DNA of 61,614 nucleotides, filler included. It is 9 parts of 9 records of this genome, joined end to end, with 100 filler letters (N's around TTAATTAATTAA, not from the genome) between each part and the next. Parts side by side here need not be neighbours in the genome. Positions count along the whole stretch, not along the records: positions 6,688 to 12,550 come from SRR31147125_163710; positions 12,651 to 19,146 come from SRR31147125_163923; positions 19,247 to 26,851 come from SRR31147125_164114; 6 more parts are not named here. One strand, 5' to 3'. The position numbers were made by a program, and so were the translations under genes. The notes below the pieces were generated by a model. The model saw only the letters and a list, made by a program, of their open reading frames with translations. It did no database searches and was not told where the DNA came from. Below, one piece after another: positions 11,561-21,604 of the stretch (its first letter is position 1; each line of letters begins with the position of its first letter).

Positions 11561-11852
11561 GGTGATGGATTCCTTTTGTGGATTTGAAAATGTCGAATGA
11601 TTCTTTACCACATCGAGACCCCGGAAGCCAACACGAGCCGAGATCAATAGGACCGGAGGAAAAGGGCTGAGATTTAACGCACAGCCTCTTTTTTTGTTTT
11701 ACGCACGATTAAAAAGCTGTATTAAAAGGATTTACAAATCACAATCGGAAGGTAATCACGCTGAATTTGACGCCTTGTCCAATGGAAGTTTGGGTTCATT
11801 AATGGTGTGTTGCATTCATGATTGTCAATATTGGGAAAGGAAATGGTCAGGG

Positions 11853-12550
11853 ATGTCTTTATTGAGAATAAACAGGTTGCTTCAGCCTTATGACTATGGA
11901 TGTGTCAATCCCTTGTTGGCACGACTCCCCATGTCCGTAGGCTTTGGGTTTGCCCAGGTTCGAGGGGGCATTCATGCGCTTTTGGATTATGATTGGCGCT
12001 CAAATACGTTGAATCTTCGTTATGTCCGTTCACGGGTAATGGCAGTGATGCGTCTTTTTTCATCTCGGTCATCTGTTGTCGGAATGGTTGGTCGGTTTGT
12101 CGGTAATGCCGTTGAAGAGTGGGAGAGTTACTTTTTTTTAGACGCTGAAAAAATGGCACATGTCTCCGAGTGCTGTATTATGGAAGACTATTTGGAGCTT
12201 TACAAATCTTCGGCTCGGGATAATAGAGGGGTTGTGCTTGTTTCCGCTCATTTCGGCAGCTACTGCATGGGCATTGTCCTTAGTGGGTTGAAGGGGCTTC
12301 GAGTCAATGCCGTCAAGAGCTCCGTCACTGAAGAAGACAAAAGGATTCACCTCTCGGTACGTAATCATTACAAAAGAAAGTATGCAAGCATGGAGCCCTT
12401 GATGAATGGTTCGGTTTGGCCTTATGAAGGGGGTTGGATTTTTTCTACGACCGGTTGAATCGTGGAGAAATCGTGATATTGATGGGTGATATTCCCGGTA
12501 GTAAATCAAATGTACACATCGATTTTTTAGGAAAGAAACTTCGACTTCCC
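11853..12550 (+). CDS. Lipid A biosynthesis-type (LpxL-like) acyltransferase (frameshift at G5 ~12429-12433, 3' truncated)
   Basis: GVVLVSAHFGS motif; the restored frame continues LNRGEIVILMGD...IDFLGK. Confidence 0.65.
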
Positions 12551-12650
12551 NNNNNNNNNNNNNNNNNNNNNNNNNNNNNNNNNNNNNNNNNNNNTTAATT
12601 AATTAANNNNNNNNNNNNNNNNNNNNNNNNNNNNNNNNNNNNNNNNNNNN

Positions 12651-13918
12651 AAAAACAGCACTCCGAGATAGAGAAAAAGCGCCGGCGGCTACTGCAAAAA
12701 ATAGCAACCTTGAAAGGCGATATCGCCAAGGAAGACGAACGTCTGACCGCTGACAAGGCCGCCGTGCAATCCCTTGCCGACGAAAGGGACAGGCTGCAGC
12801 ATGAGATCGCGACACGGCTGGCAAGCAAGGAAGAGCTGGACAATATCTTTCTCGACCATATCCGCAATTTTCTCGGACTGGCCGAAACATCACCCTATTC
12901 CAACCGGCAACCGAAACGGATGGATGCCCTGCATGCCTATCTCGAAGGCAGGGAGATCTTCGATCTGGCGGATATGGCCGGCCTGATGAAGATGTACTTC
13001 GACGATATCGAGGCGGGCGGTCAAAACGTCCGTTACCGGGGCGCGATCCTGGACCGCGGCGGAGAGGAGACGGAGGCCGACATCATCCGCATCGGCCACA
13101 TGGGCGCCTTGTTCCGCACCGAAAACAACAACGGCTTTCTCACCTTCAGTCCGGGCTCCAAGCGGCTTTTGATGAGCGGCGATCCGGGTTATTTTATCGG
13201 CCGGCAAATCGCATCCTTTTTTGAAGGCGGTCAAGACGACGCCCCCATGGATATTTCCGGGGGCGTGGCCATCAGCCAGCTCTCCAGAAAGGAAACCCTT
13301 AAAGACCGGCTTGAAAGCGGCGGTGCCCTGGTTATTCCGATCCTGCTTGTCGGGCTGGCGGCAATAATCATTGCCGTGGAGCGGCTGATCTTTTTGGGAC
13401 GGGTCCGGCACAATACCGACGAGTTGATGACCAAGGTGACCGAATTCGTTTTTAACGGCGATTTTACCAGGGCGCTCGAAACCACGACGCCCCATCGCAA
13501 CAGGCCCACGGGAAGAGTACTCATGGCCGGCCTTGCGCACAAGGACGACAACACCGAAGTGATCGAAAGCGCCATGTCCGAAGCGGTGCTGACCCAAATC
13601 CCCCGCCTGGAGCGCTTTGTCGGAGCGCTAAAGGTCCTGGCGGCGGTGGCCCCGCTGATGGGGCTTTTGGGCACGGTAACCGGCATGATCAACACCTTTC
13701 AGGTGATTACCACCCATGGAACCGGCGACCCCCGCCTGATGGCGGGAGGCATTTCCGAGGCGATGATCACCACCCAGGTGGGCCTGGCCGTGGCGATTCC
13801 GATCATGATGGTGGCCTCCTTTCTCGGCGGCCGGGTGAGAAACCTTTCCAGGGATATGGAGGAAAAAGGAATCGCGCTGATGGGCGCTTTGATCAGACAA
13901 AAGAGCAACCCCGTGTAA
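12651..13918 (+). CDS. Large MotA/TolQ/ExbB protein with coiled-coil N-terminal region (TtpC-like), 5' truncated
   Basis: C-terminal APLMGLLGTVTGMI...AGGISEAMITTQVGL motif; long N-terminal periplasmic region. Confidence 0.85.
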
Positions 13919-13923
13919 CGGCC

Positions 13924-14541
13924 ATGCAAATACTTGAAAACCTGTTCATCCTCATTGAAATCGGCGGACCTGTCATGGTGCCCATCTTCATGGTCTCCGC
14001 ATGGCTCTGGATCCTGATCGCCTTGAAGTCGGACTGGGTCTGGCGATCCAACCGCAGCCGCATCACGCTGACCGCAGCCGTCGAATGCCTGGAGCAAGAC
14101 CGGATATGTCCTTCGGGCGGCCCCAGGGCAACGGCCCTCAATCATTTCATGGCAACGCTCAAGGGAGCCGACTGCAAAAACGTTCTGGCCGACGAGTTGC
14201 TGCTCGATGTGGCCATCCGGCGACAGACCGGGATGATTTACCGGTTTATCCCCACCATCATCATCCTGGCAGCGGTGGCGCCCCTTCTCGGGCTGTTCGG
14301 CACCGTTTCGGGCATGGTCGAGACCTTCAAGGTGATCGGCATATACGGCATGGGCAACGCCCAGGCAATGGCCTCGGGCATCAGGGAGGCAATGATCACC
14401 ACCCAGGCCGGCCTTCTGGTGGCCATCCCGGGGATTTTCATCGGACAGGTTTTAAAAAAGAAGGCCAACAACATCCAGCGGGACCTGCTGGTTTTCCAAA
14501 AGGGAATTTCCCGGTGGATCGAAAAGGAATGTGACACATGA
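13924..14541 (+). CDS. exbB: MotA/TolQ/ExbB proton channel protein
   Basis: APLLGLFGTVSGM and GIREAMITTQAGL motifs. Confidence 0.9.
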   Translation: MQILENLFILIEIGGPVMVPIFMVSAWLWILIALKSDWVWRSNRSRITLTAAVECLEQDRICPSGGPRATALNHFMATLKGADCKNVLADELLLDVAIRRQTGMIYRFIPTIIILAAVAPLLGLFGTVSGMVETFKVIGIYGMGNAQAMASGIREAMITTQAGLLVAIPGIFIGQVLKKKANNIQRDLLVFQKGISRWIEKECDT

Positions 14542-14969
14542 ACAGATTGGGATCGTTCAGGGGATCATCAGCGCTTGAAGACGACAGATCCGACGTCGAG
14601 ATCGACATGATGCCGCTGATCGATATGATCTTCATCCTGTTGATATTTTTTCTCGTGACGGCAAGTTTTGTCAAGGAGTCCGGCGTGGAGGTCAATCGCC
14701 CCCAGGCGTCATCGGCGGAGATGCAGGATGCCACGGGCATGATCATCGGCATCACCTCCACCGGCGAGGTGTTCATCAACCGCGAACAGGTCGAACTGCG
14801 ACGGGTCCGCGGGCTTGTGGAGATCTTTCTTGCGGAAAACAGCGATGGCGGCGTCATCATCGATGCGGACGGCGAGTGCTCGACGGCCCGGCTGATCTCG
14901 ATCCTGGACCAGTGCCGGCTTGCCGGCGCCGTGAACGTTGCCGTTTCGGCAACCAAACCCAAGGCCTGA
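14538..14969 (+). CDS. exbD: Biopolymer transport protein ExbD
   Basis: MMPLIDMIFILLIFFLVT motif; ATGA overlap with exbB. Confidence 0.92.
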   Translation: MNRLGSFRGSSALEDDRSDVEIDMMPLIDMIFILLIFFLVTASFVKESGVEVNRPQASSAEMQDATGMIIGITSTGEVFINREQVELRRVRGLVEIFLAENSDGGVIIDADGECSTARLISILDQCRLAGAVNVAVSATKPKA

Positions 14970-14973
14970 GCGC

Positions 14974-15702
14974 ATGATTTCGGGATTCAGAAACGGGCTG
15001 TTGGCCTTGGCGGGTTTAATTTCCGGATTGCTGATTCTGGCCCTGGCGCCCACCTTGCTGCGGCAGACCGCTTTCGACGGGAACCGGTTGCAGCCGTCAC
15101 GGGTACATTTGATCCCATTGCAGCAGGAGGAACTTTTCGAAACACAAGAGATGGAGGCGGAGCCGGAACCGCCCCCGGAGCCCGACGTGCCGGACCCGCC
15201 GGACATGGAGCTCCCAGAACTGGCCGTTTCCGAAATCGAGCCGCCCCAGACAACCTATGCCAGCACCTCGGCCGGTTACGGGAACACCGTGCAGTTGCCG
15301 GGCCTGAGCAAACTTGGCTTGACGGGGGTGACGGTTCCGACCAAGAACCTTTCGAGAACGTTGGCCAAAGCGCCCTCGCCGGGGCTGCCGAAACACGGTC
15401 CGCCCAAAACGAGGTTCAACCCGGATGAAGTGGACAAGCAGCCCCAGGGAATCGCAACGACACAGCCGATGTATCCCTACCGGGCCAAACGGCTCGGCAT
15501 GGAGGGGATGGTCCGCATCCGTTTCCTGGTCGACAAATCCGGCCGGACCGATCTGTTTAAAATTCTCGAAGCCAAGCCGCCGGGAGAATTCGAACAAGTG
15601 GTCGAGAAAACGGTAAGCCAATGGAAGTTCAAGCCGGGTATCAAGGACGGCCGTGCCGTCGAGACCTGGGTGCAAACCACGATCAATTTCAAACTGAATT
15701 AA
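14974..15702 (+). CDS. tonB: Energy transducer TonB
   Basis: N-terminal TM, Pro/Glu-rich linker, C-terminal PMYPYRAKRLGMEGMVRIRFLV...WKFKPG. Start taken as the ATG of MISGF. Confidence 0.9.
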   Translation: MISGFRNGLLALAGLISGLLILALAPTLLRQTAFDGNRLQPSRVHLIPLQQEELFETQEMEAEPEPPPEPDVPDPPDMELPELAVSEIEPPQTTYASTSAGYGNTVQLPGLSKLGLTGVTVPTKNLSRTLAKAPSPGLPKHGPPKTRFNPDEVDKQPQGIATTQPMYPYRAKRLGMEGMVRIRFLVDKSGRTDLFKILEAKPPGEFEQVVEKTVSQWKFKPGIKDGRAVETWVQTTINFKLN

Positions 15703-15720
15703 CTCAGCCGATTCATAATC

Positions 15721-18024
15721 ATGCAAAATTCAGAAAAACCGACCCGCTACTCGAAGCCGGCAGCGCTATTAACCGCCCTGGCCGTGGGGATTGTACTTGC
15801 ATTTCAGGCGCCGGTCCAGGCACATGACTTGAAAGGTTTCAGGCAGTTCAAGGAACCTTCTCCAAAACTGCATTCGGCGCTTGGCAAGGCGGAGGCGCTG
15901 GCCCAAGAACAACGGTTTTTACAGGCGCGTAAAGTTCTCGACGCATATGCGGCCTCCCAACCGTCCGAAACGCATCCGCTTTTGTATTACGAACTCGGCT
16001 ATTTTGCCTACAAATCCGGTGATATGGAATATGCCATCGCCAACCTGAAAAAAACCGTGGCAATCGCACCGAAGCTTAAGGACGGCTGGCAACTGCTCTC
16101 GCTGGCCTGGCAGGAGAGCGGCAGCCAATACGCCAAGGAAAACAAGCAGGAAAAGCCCAAAAGAATCCGGAGCATGCAGGAAAGCGCCGTTGCCATGGAC
16201 CGCGCCGCCGGCCTATCGGGCGACGACGACCTGTTGTACCAAAGTGCGATGTTATGGCTGGAGGCCGAGAAGGCCAAAAAGGCCCTGACCATCCTGGAGG
16301 GATTGACCCAAAAAGACGCTCCCAAGGAGGAGTGGCTGGTCGGGTTGTCCGAAGCGCTCAAGGCACTGAAAAATAAAGAGGCGACCGCCGAGGCCATGGA
16401 AAAGGCCGCCAGGGTGCAAAACAACCCGGAGCTGCTGTTCCATGCCGCCTGGCTGTGGAATGAACTGGAAAAGCCCGGGCGGGCGCTGCCCCTGTTGGAA
16501 CCCCTTGCCCAAAAGAAAAGGCCCGACAAGAACTGGCTGCTGCTTCTGGTCTCCGTCTACAACACGCTAGAGCAATACGCCGATGCGGCAATGACCTTTG
16601 AACGGGTCATCGAAGTCGATCCGGCCCCTGACTACCTTTATAATTGCGGGGTGCTGTGGCTGCAGGCCGACAAACCCGATAAGGCGCTCAACTCACTGCT
16701 CCGTCTGGCGGATGCAACGCCTCCCAAGGCCGATTGGTTCGTGGCCACGGCCCAGGCGTGGCTGATCAAGGAGCAAATTCCAAAAGCCGCCGATGCCATG
16801 GAACGCGCCGCGTCCATCGGCAAGAAACCCCAACATATCCACCAGGCCGGTGTCCTGCGAATTCAATTAAAACAGGCGGACCGGGCCATCGCATTGCTGA
16901 CCCCGCTTGCCGGTCTGCCCAAACCGAAAAGCGAGTGGCTGGTGGCCCTTTCCAATGCCTGGTTGATGAAAGAGAATTACCTCAAGGGAGCGACCTATAT
17001 GGAGCGGGCGGCGGTCATCTCCGGCAAGGGCAAACGCTTTCATCGAGCGGCAATGCTTTGGCGGGTAGAGGGAAACATCCCAAAGACCATCACGCTCTTG
17101 AGAAAAAGCGTTTCCGGAAAAAAGGTCGAGCAGTTGTGGCTTGTGGATCTGGCCTCCGTTCTGATCGATGCCGACCGCGAAGACGAGGTCCGGCCGGTCA
17201 TGAAACGGACAAACCTTGCCGATCAAACCGTCTCGAATCAACTGCGGTACCGGGGAGTCGTGATCTGGCTGAATCTGCAGGAACCGCAAAAAGCCTACCC
17301 ATTGCTGAAAACCCTGGCCGGGCAGACGAGGCCTGATTATGCCTGGTTGAACGCCATGGTGAAAACCTGTGTCGAACTGGACCGGATGAAAGAGGCCGCA
17401 AACGTTCTGACCAAAACCCTGGATCTTTACCCGGACCGGGTCAACTCATGGAAGCTGGCCGTGTGGCTCGCGCTGCAGCAGGGTAACTACATCGACGCGG
17501 TGGCCGCCAAGGAGATCGTGAGGCAGTTCGAGCCGCAAGAGGAAAAGCACCATAAGGATCTGATCCGGCTCTATCTGCTTGCCGGCGTTCCCGAACGATC
17601 GGCACGCTTTTACAGGCATGCGATGGGATCCGAACCGACCGCCGAACAACTGGACCGCCTGATCGATATCTACTTGAGCGGACGGATGTATGAACAGGCA
17701 CTCCAACCTGCCCTCGAAGCATCCGGGAAAAACAAAACGCCCGAGCATATGGAATCTCTTGGAGACATTTATTATGCCCTGCACCGGTATAAAGAAAGCT
17801 GCGCGGCCTATGAACGGGCGGTGACGCTCAGTGGTGATCCGAATCCGGATGTACGGATGAAGGCGGCCTATGCGGCCATGAAGAGCAAACAGTATTCTCG
17901 CGCTGTGGACAACTTTAAAGTGGTGGTTTCTTCCGGTGCGGGAGAAGAAAGCCAGATCCGTTCGGCGATTCAGAACCTGGCGTATATCGAGAAATTGAAA
18001 GAGCGTGGAAACGGTTGTGACTGA
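15721..18024 (+). CDS. Exported tetratricopeptide-repeat protein (TonB-operon associated)
   Basis: Signal peptide ending VQA; repeated TPR-like units (WLxxLxxA...AAxAMERAA...LLYxAAxLW). Confidence 0.85.
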   Translation: MQNSEKPTRYSKPAALLTALAVGIVLAFQAPVQAHDLKGFRQFKEPSPKLHSALGKAEALAQEQRFLQARKVLDAYAASQPSETHPLLYYELGYFAYKSGDMEYAIANLKKTVAIAPKLKDGWQLLSLAWQESGSQYAKENKQEKPKRIRSMQESAVAMDRAAGLSGDDDLLYQSAMLWLEAEKAKKALTILEGLTQKDAPKEEWLVGLSEALKALKNKEATAEAMEKAARVQNNPELLFHAAWLWNELEKPGRALPLLEPLAQKKRPDKNWLLLLVSVYNTLEQYADAAMTFERVIEVDPAPDYLYNCGVLWLQADKPDKALNSLLRLADATPPKADWFVATAQAWLIKEQIPKAADAMERAASIGKKPQHIHQAGVLRIQLKQADRAIALLTPLAGLPKPKSEWLVALSNAWLMKENYLKGATYMERAAVISGKGKRFHRAAMLWRVEGNIPKTITLLRKSVSGKKVEQLWLVDLASVLIDADREDEVRPVMKRTNLADQTVSNQLRYRGVVIWLNLQEPQKAYPLLKTLAGQTRPDYAWLNAMVKTCVELDRMKEAANVLTKTLDLYPDRVNSWKLAVWLALQQGNYIDAVAAKEIVRQFEPQEEKHHKDLIRLYLLAGVPERSARFYRHAMGSEPTAEQLDRLIDIYLSGRMYEQALQPALEASGKNKTPEHMESLGDIYYALHRYKESCAAYERAVTLSGDPNPDVRMKAAYAAMKSKQYSRAVDNFKVVVSSGAGEESQIRSAIQNLAYIEKLKERGNGCD

Positions 18025-18050
18025 TCATGCCGCAAAAGGTAATTTAAATC

Positions 18051-18347
18051 ATGTTGAATATCGAAAAGATCAACCGCACCGAAAGTTATAGCGCAAGGTC
18101 TTCATGACAAGTGGGTGTGGCCCTGTTCTTGACCTCCATGGTATTGATCCTGAATTTTTCGGCGTATCTGGCCTCACTGGCCAAAGTATACGTCTTCATG
18201 GGAATCCTGGTACCGGCAGGCATTTTGGCTGCACTGGTAGCGGATTATTTTATCACACCAGTGCTGCTGGATCACTTTCGCCCTTTTCGGAAAAGTTACC
18301 GGGAAGTCGGGGAGGGCAATATCCAAAAATCCATTTCGATTGAATAA
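18051..18347 (+). pseudogene. MMPL/RND-family transporter remnant (short N-terminus joined to the last TM helices)
   Basis: One frame reads MLNIEKINRTESYSARSS*QVGVALFLTSMVLILNF...GILAALVADYFITPVLL. The second part matches an MMPL C-terminus; in-frame TGA at 18105-18107. Confidence 0.6.
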
Positions 18348-18373
18348 TGTTCCTCTGAATTGGATCGTTATCC

Positions 18374-18847
18374 GTGACGCTGACCTCCGTTACCGATAGA
18401 AGGGCCTATCATGAGGATACTTTTGCGGACTGGGATTTCGCCAGTGCGACACTGACGCACACGAAAATCGACCGTAAATACAAAAAAATATTCCAGGAGT
18501 TGCGGCTCGATTACGCCAAAGACCGATTGAAATGGCTGGTCGGTGCTTACTATGACGAGGATGAAAATGGTGTAGGTTATACGAATGAATCAGATTTCCC
18601 GAGTATGGACATGATTACCAGCCGGGACCTCGAAGAGAACGAGAACGCCTATGCGGTTTTTTCCAGCGTTACCTACCCGTTGACTGACCGGCTCGGTGTG
18701 GTGGCGGGACTGCGCCATGAGCACCAGGACTCGGAGTTTGTAGACCACCTTGATGGCAGAAATTTCGACGACTCCTGGGAGACGCTGAGCCCTAAGGCGG
18801 GCCTGGAACCGGGAGAAATCGGGCTACAGGTCGTTTTCAGGCTTTGA
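18374..18847 (+). pseudogene. TonB-dependent receptor internal fragment
   Basis: Barrel strands LTSVT...DWDF, FQELRL, KWLVGAYY, AGLRHE, LSPKAGLE. No plug domain or signal peptide. Confidence 0.75.
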
Positions 18848-19061
18848 TTTTGCGGCTTAACGAAAACAGCAATTATTGACATGCGGATTATGGAATGTCC
18901 CCGACTCCATGGGATCGCGCCGGGCGAATTGCGTAAGGCCTCTTTTGAATCTCCCCCAAACCGAGTGCTTTAGCCTCCAGCTTTGCTGCAAGTGATACCA
19001 ATATGAGTGCCGTAAATTATTGCTTGACTTTTATTTTTTCAATGCTCTATTGAAGCGTTAA

Positions 19062-19146
19062 ACAAATATTGTTTCGGTGTTTTTTATCAAACACATAATA
19101 GGGAATCTCGTGAGAATCGGGGACGGGCCCGCCGCTGTAACCGGGG
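19062..19146 (+). promoter_or_regulatory. Cobalamin riboswitch, 5' part (cut by the contig end)
   Basis: GGTGT...ACAC hairpin followed by AATAGGGAATCTCGTGAGAATCGGGGACGGGCCCGCCGCTGTAAC, the conserved B12-element core. TTGACT -35-like hexamer at 19024. Confidence 0.88.
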
Positions 19147-19246
19147 NNNNNNNNNNNNNNNNNNNNNNNNNNNNNNNNNNNNNNNNNNNNTTAATTAATT
19201 AANNNNNNNNNNNNNNNNNNNNNNNNNNNNNNNNNNNNNNNNNNNN

Positions 19247-19269
19247 TGTGTGTGTGTGTGTGTGTGTGT
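19247..19269. repeat. (TG)n microsatellite at the edge of the eukaryotic contig
   Basis: Direct reading. Other simple repeats: 21391-21410 (CCCA)n, 21563-21596 (CA)n, 24582-24603 (TG)n, 24815-24836 (CT)n. Confidence 0.9.
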
Positions 19270-19422
19270 AGGGGGGCCCGTTCTCCTCACACTCGTGTGT
19301 TCTTGCGCCAGGCGTTACGGAACAAGCCGCCAACGAGTCCGTGGCACGCCTGCAGAAGCGCAACATCTTCTGATCAGTATTGGGAGAGGGTATGTATCGT
19401 ATTACCACAATGCATCCATCCA

Positions 19423-20513
19423 TCACGGTGTTGGATCAACGGGGAAGACCATGAGGTCTCCCTCTGTTTCCTCTGCGTGTGGCGTTTCGACATGCACGAG
19501 ATGGTTGTCCGTAGCCTGAAAGTTCCAATTAGAAATCAGACAGACACAAGAAACACTCCATCCCGTGCGTCGTACGTGTTCGTCATCCGCCAGACGATGG
19601 TGTCCGGGTTCGTTCCACCATTCTGAGGCCCCTATCCTTCGTCGCCATATCACGAGGCGTCTCGCACCCAGAAGAGCCATCTGATTATGCAGATAAGAGT
19701 GCGCCTCCCATGCGGCACTGTAACCCACCATCAAGATCCACACCCCGCCAAGGATCCACAGGACCTGGGGATGTCTCAGTGGAATTCTTCCCTTCCCGCA
19801 CAGCACACCGCCCTACCCAATAGACCCATAACACCCTTCCTTTCGAGGAAAATGTTTCCCATTCTGCCTCATCGCCCGTGTGAAACATGTCTCCGCGTGG
19901 TTGTACAATGAGTGGATCGTAGGCAACTTCGATCGCATCACGCTTCATCTCCACTACAATAACCGAGCGCTGATGGGGAGGTAATCCCTCCACGAGTTCC
20001 CCTTGCTTCCGTAGCGTAGATACATCGGTTAGATTCCACTCCTTCACACACTGCATGACATGCTGGAGGCGTGTGTCAGTCCAGCCAGCCGTGCCAGCCA
20101 TCCGCCACGGCGGCACCCACCCGATCAACAAGTTTCTGCAATCCACACGCAGACAGAAGATCCCCACTCGTATTCACATCACGTTCCAATCCCACCAACA
20201 CGCGATGGTAAAGCGAGTGTGTGAAGGTAAGCGACCACCACACCCGAACGCTTGTATCCGTCGCGTTCATCACAAAGATGTGTCCATGATTGACAGGGAC
20301 AAGAGGATCCACAACGTCCATCACGACTTCCAGCACAGCATCGACGTCGCTTGCTTCTACTTCACACCAAAACGTCGATCCAGCAGGCGAATGGGAAAAG
20401 GAACGAGTGGTCACCAGGATAGACGGAGGAGGAGGAGGAGGAGGCGAGTGAGCCGTGTCCGCACAGAAACCACGCCACCCATGGTCCACGTAGTCTTCTA
20501 CCATGGACGACAT
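19423..20513 (-). CDS. Probable intron-containing eukaryotic gene, unknown product
   Basis: Three overlapping minus-strand ORF pieces with protein-like composition, in the same orientation as neighbouring genes. Exon boundaries not resolved. Confidence 0.35.
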
Positions 20514-20819
20514 GCCACCATCTTCTCGCCAGGACGCCCATCGGAGACATCCTGTACACGGAGACACACGAACAAAGACAGACGAAGGAGTGTCGTCGGG
20601 AGCAAAGAGAAATGTGTGTTGTTTGTGCTTGGGAAGAGTAAGAGCGTAGGGGATTCCAGGAGTGGTCGTGAGGTTTGTGGACGGGGTGGTGGCACAAACG
20701 CTGCGAGAGGGAGGGGTTGGGACAGTCCTAGCGCATCAAACAACACAAGGGTCTGTCCACGCACACAACTCCCACTCCTGCTACACAACAGCACAGGAGA
20801 ACGGCCGCCACACGCATGA

Positions 20820-20871
20820 GGAGACTGAGCCTCTCCCCAGATGGGGGTAGGTTCGAATCCTATCGATGACA
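20820..20871 (+). pseudogene. tRNA-like 3' half (T-arm, acceptor 3' strand, long variable-arm-like hairpin); 5' half absent
   Basis: CCCC-AGAT-GGGG, then GTAGG-TTCGAAT-CCTAT, then CGATGAC-A, followed by a T-run at ~20883. No A-box/D-arm or matching 5' acceptor strand at the expected distance. Confidence 0.55.
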
Positions 20872-20892
20872 GGGAATATTTCTTTTGTGAAG

Positions 20893-21505
20893 TCAAGGAG
20901 GAGGAGGCGTGTGTGACGATCCCTCTGCTGCAGGTGCATCATCTTCTTCCTCGTCTGTTGGATCGAGGGCTGATGGGGCGGGTAGGTCGTGGTTGATGTG
21001 GTCGGTAAGAAGAGCAATGATCTCCCGAGCGTCGCGGTTCTCAGCCTCCCACAGTGGACTTCGTGCCACATTGTTCTCAATCAGAGGATTCGCATGCGCT
21101 GCCAGGAGAACGCGTACGACTTCCACGTGTCCATTCAGACACGCCCAATGCAGTGGTGTGTTCCCTGCGTCATTCTGAAGATCTACCCTGGCTCCTAAAA
21201 GATCGCGGTGAGAGGGTGGAACGCATCTACTTCTACCACCGATGGACCCACAACCTGCGGCAAGCAACAACCGCACGATGTTCACGTGACCGTTCGCACA
21301 CGCCATGTGAAGAGCTGTGGAGCCTCCTATGGTGGCTCCGTTGGCGTCCACTCCCATCTCAACCTACACACGCGTCACACGTCGAGAAAACCACCCACCC
21401 ACCCACCCACCGCACCAGTACACGAAGGTTCTCCTCTTCCCCGTGTCGTGCACAGACAACCAACTCATCGAGACGCTCCTGAACCTCAGGTTTGAGTTGT
21501 CCCAT
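20893..21505 (-). CDS. Ankyrin-repeat protein, Yar1-like (2 introns: 21364-21415 and 21195-21254)
   Basis: Spliced product MGQLKPEVQERLDELVVCARHGEEENLRVLVEMGVDANG...STALHMACANGH...NDAGNTPLHWACLNGH...acidic tail. Both introns are GT-AG. Confidence 0.8.
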
Positions 21506-21604
21506 GGAATTCAGCGATTCAAAGGAGGGGACAAGGAATGTCGAACAAATGATCTGTATTGCTACACACACACATACACAAACACACACACACACAAAGT
21601 GAAA

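Noticed and set aside
18105..18107. In-frame TGA as selenocysteine
   Set aside because: It lies in a decayed MMPL remnant with no redox motif and no recognisable SECIS hairpin.
18946..18990. GCCTCCAGCTTTGCTG partial hairpin resembling an IS200/IS605-type end
   Set aside because: The hairpin is incomplete and there is no transposase nearby, so it is too short to support.
20592..20871. Complete intron-containing tRNA starting at GTCGTCG 20592
   Set aside because: The 7-mer can pair with the 3' acceptor strand, but no U8, A-box or D-arm follows it, so a whole gene is not supported.
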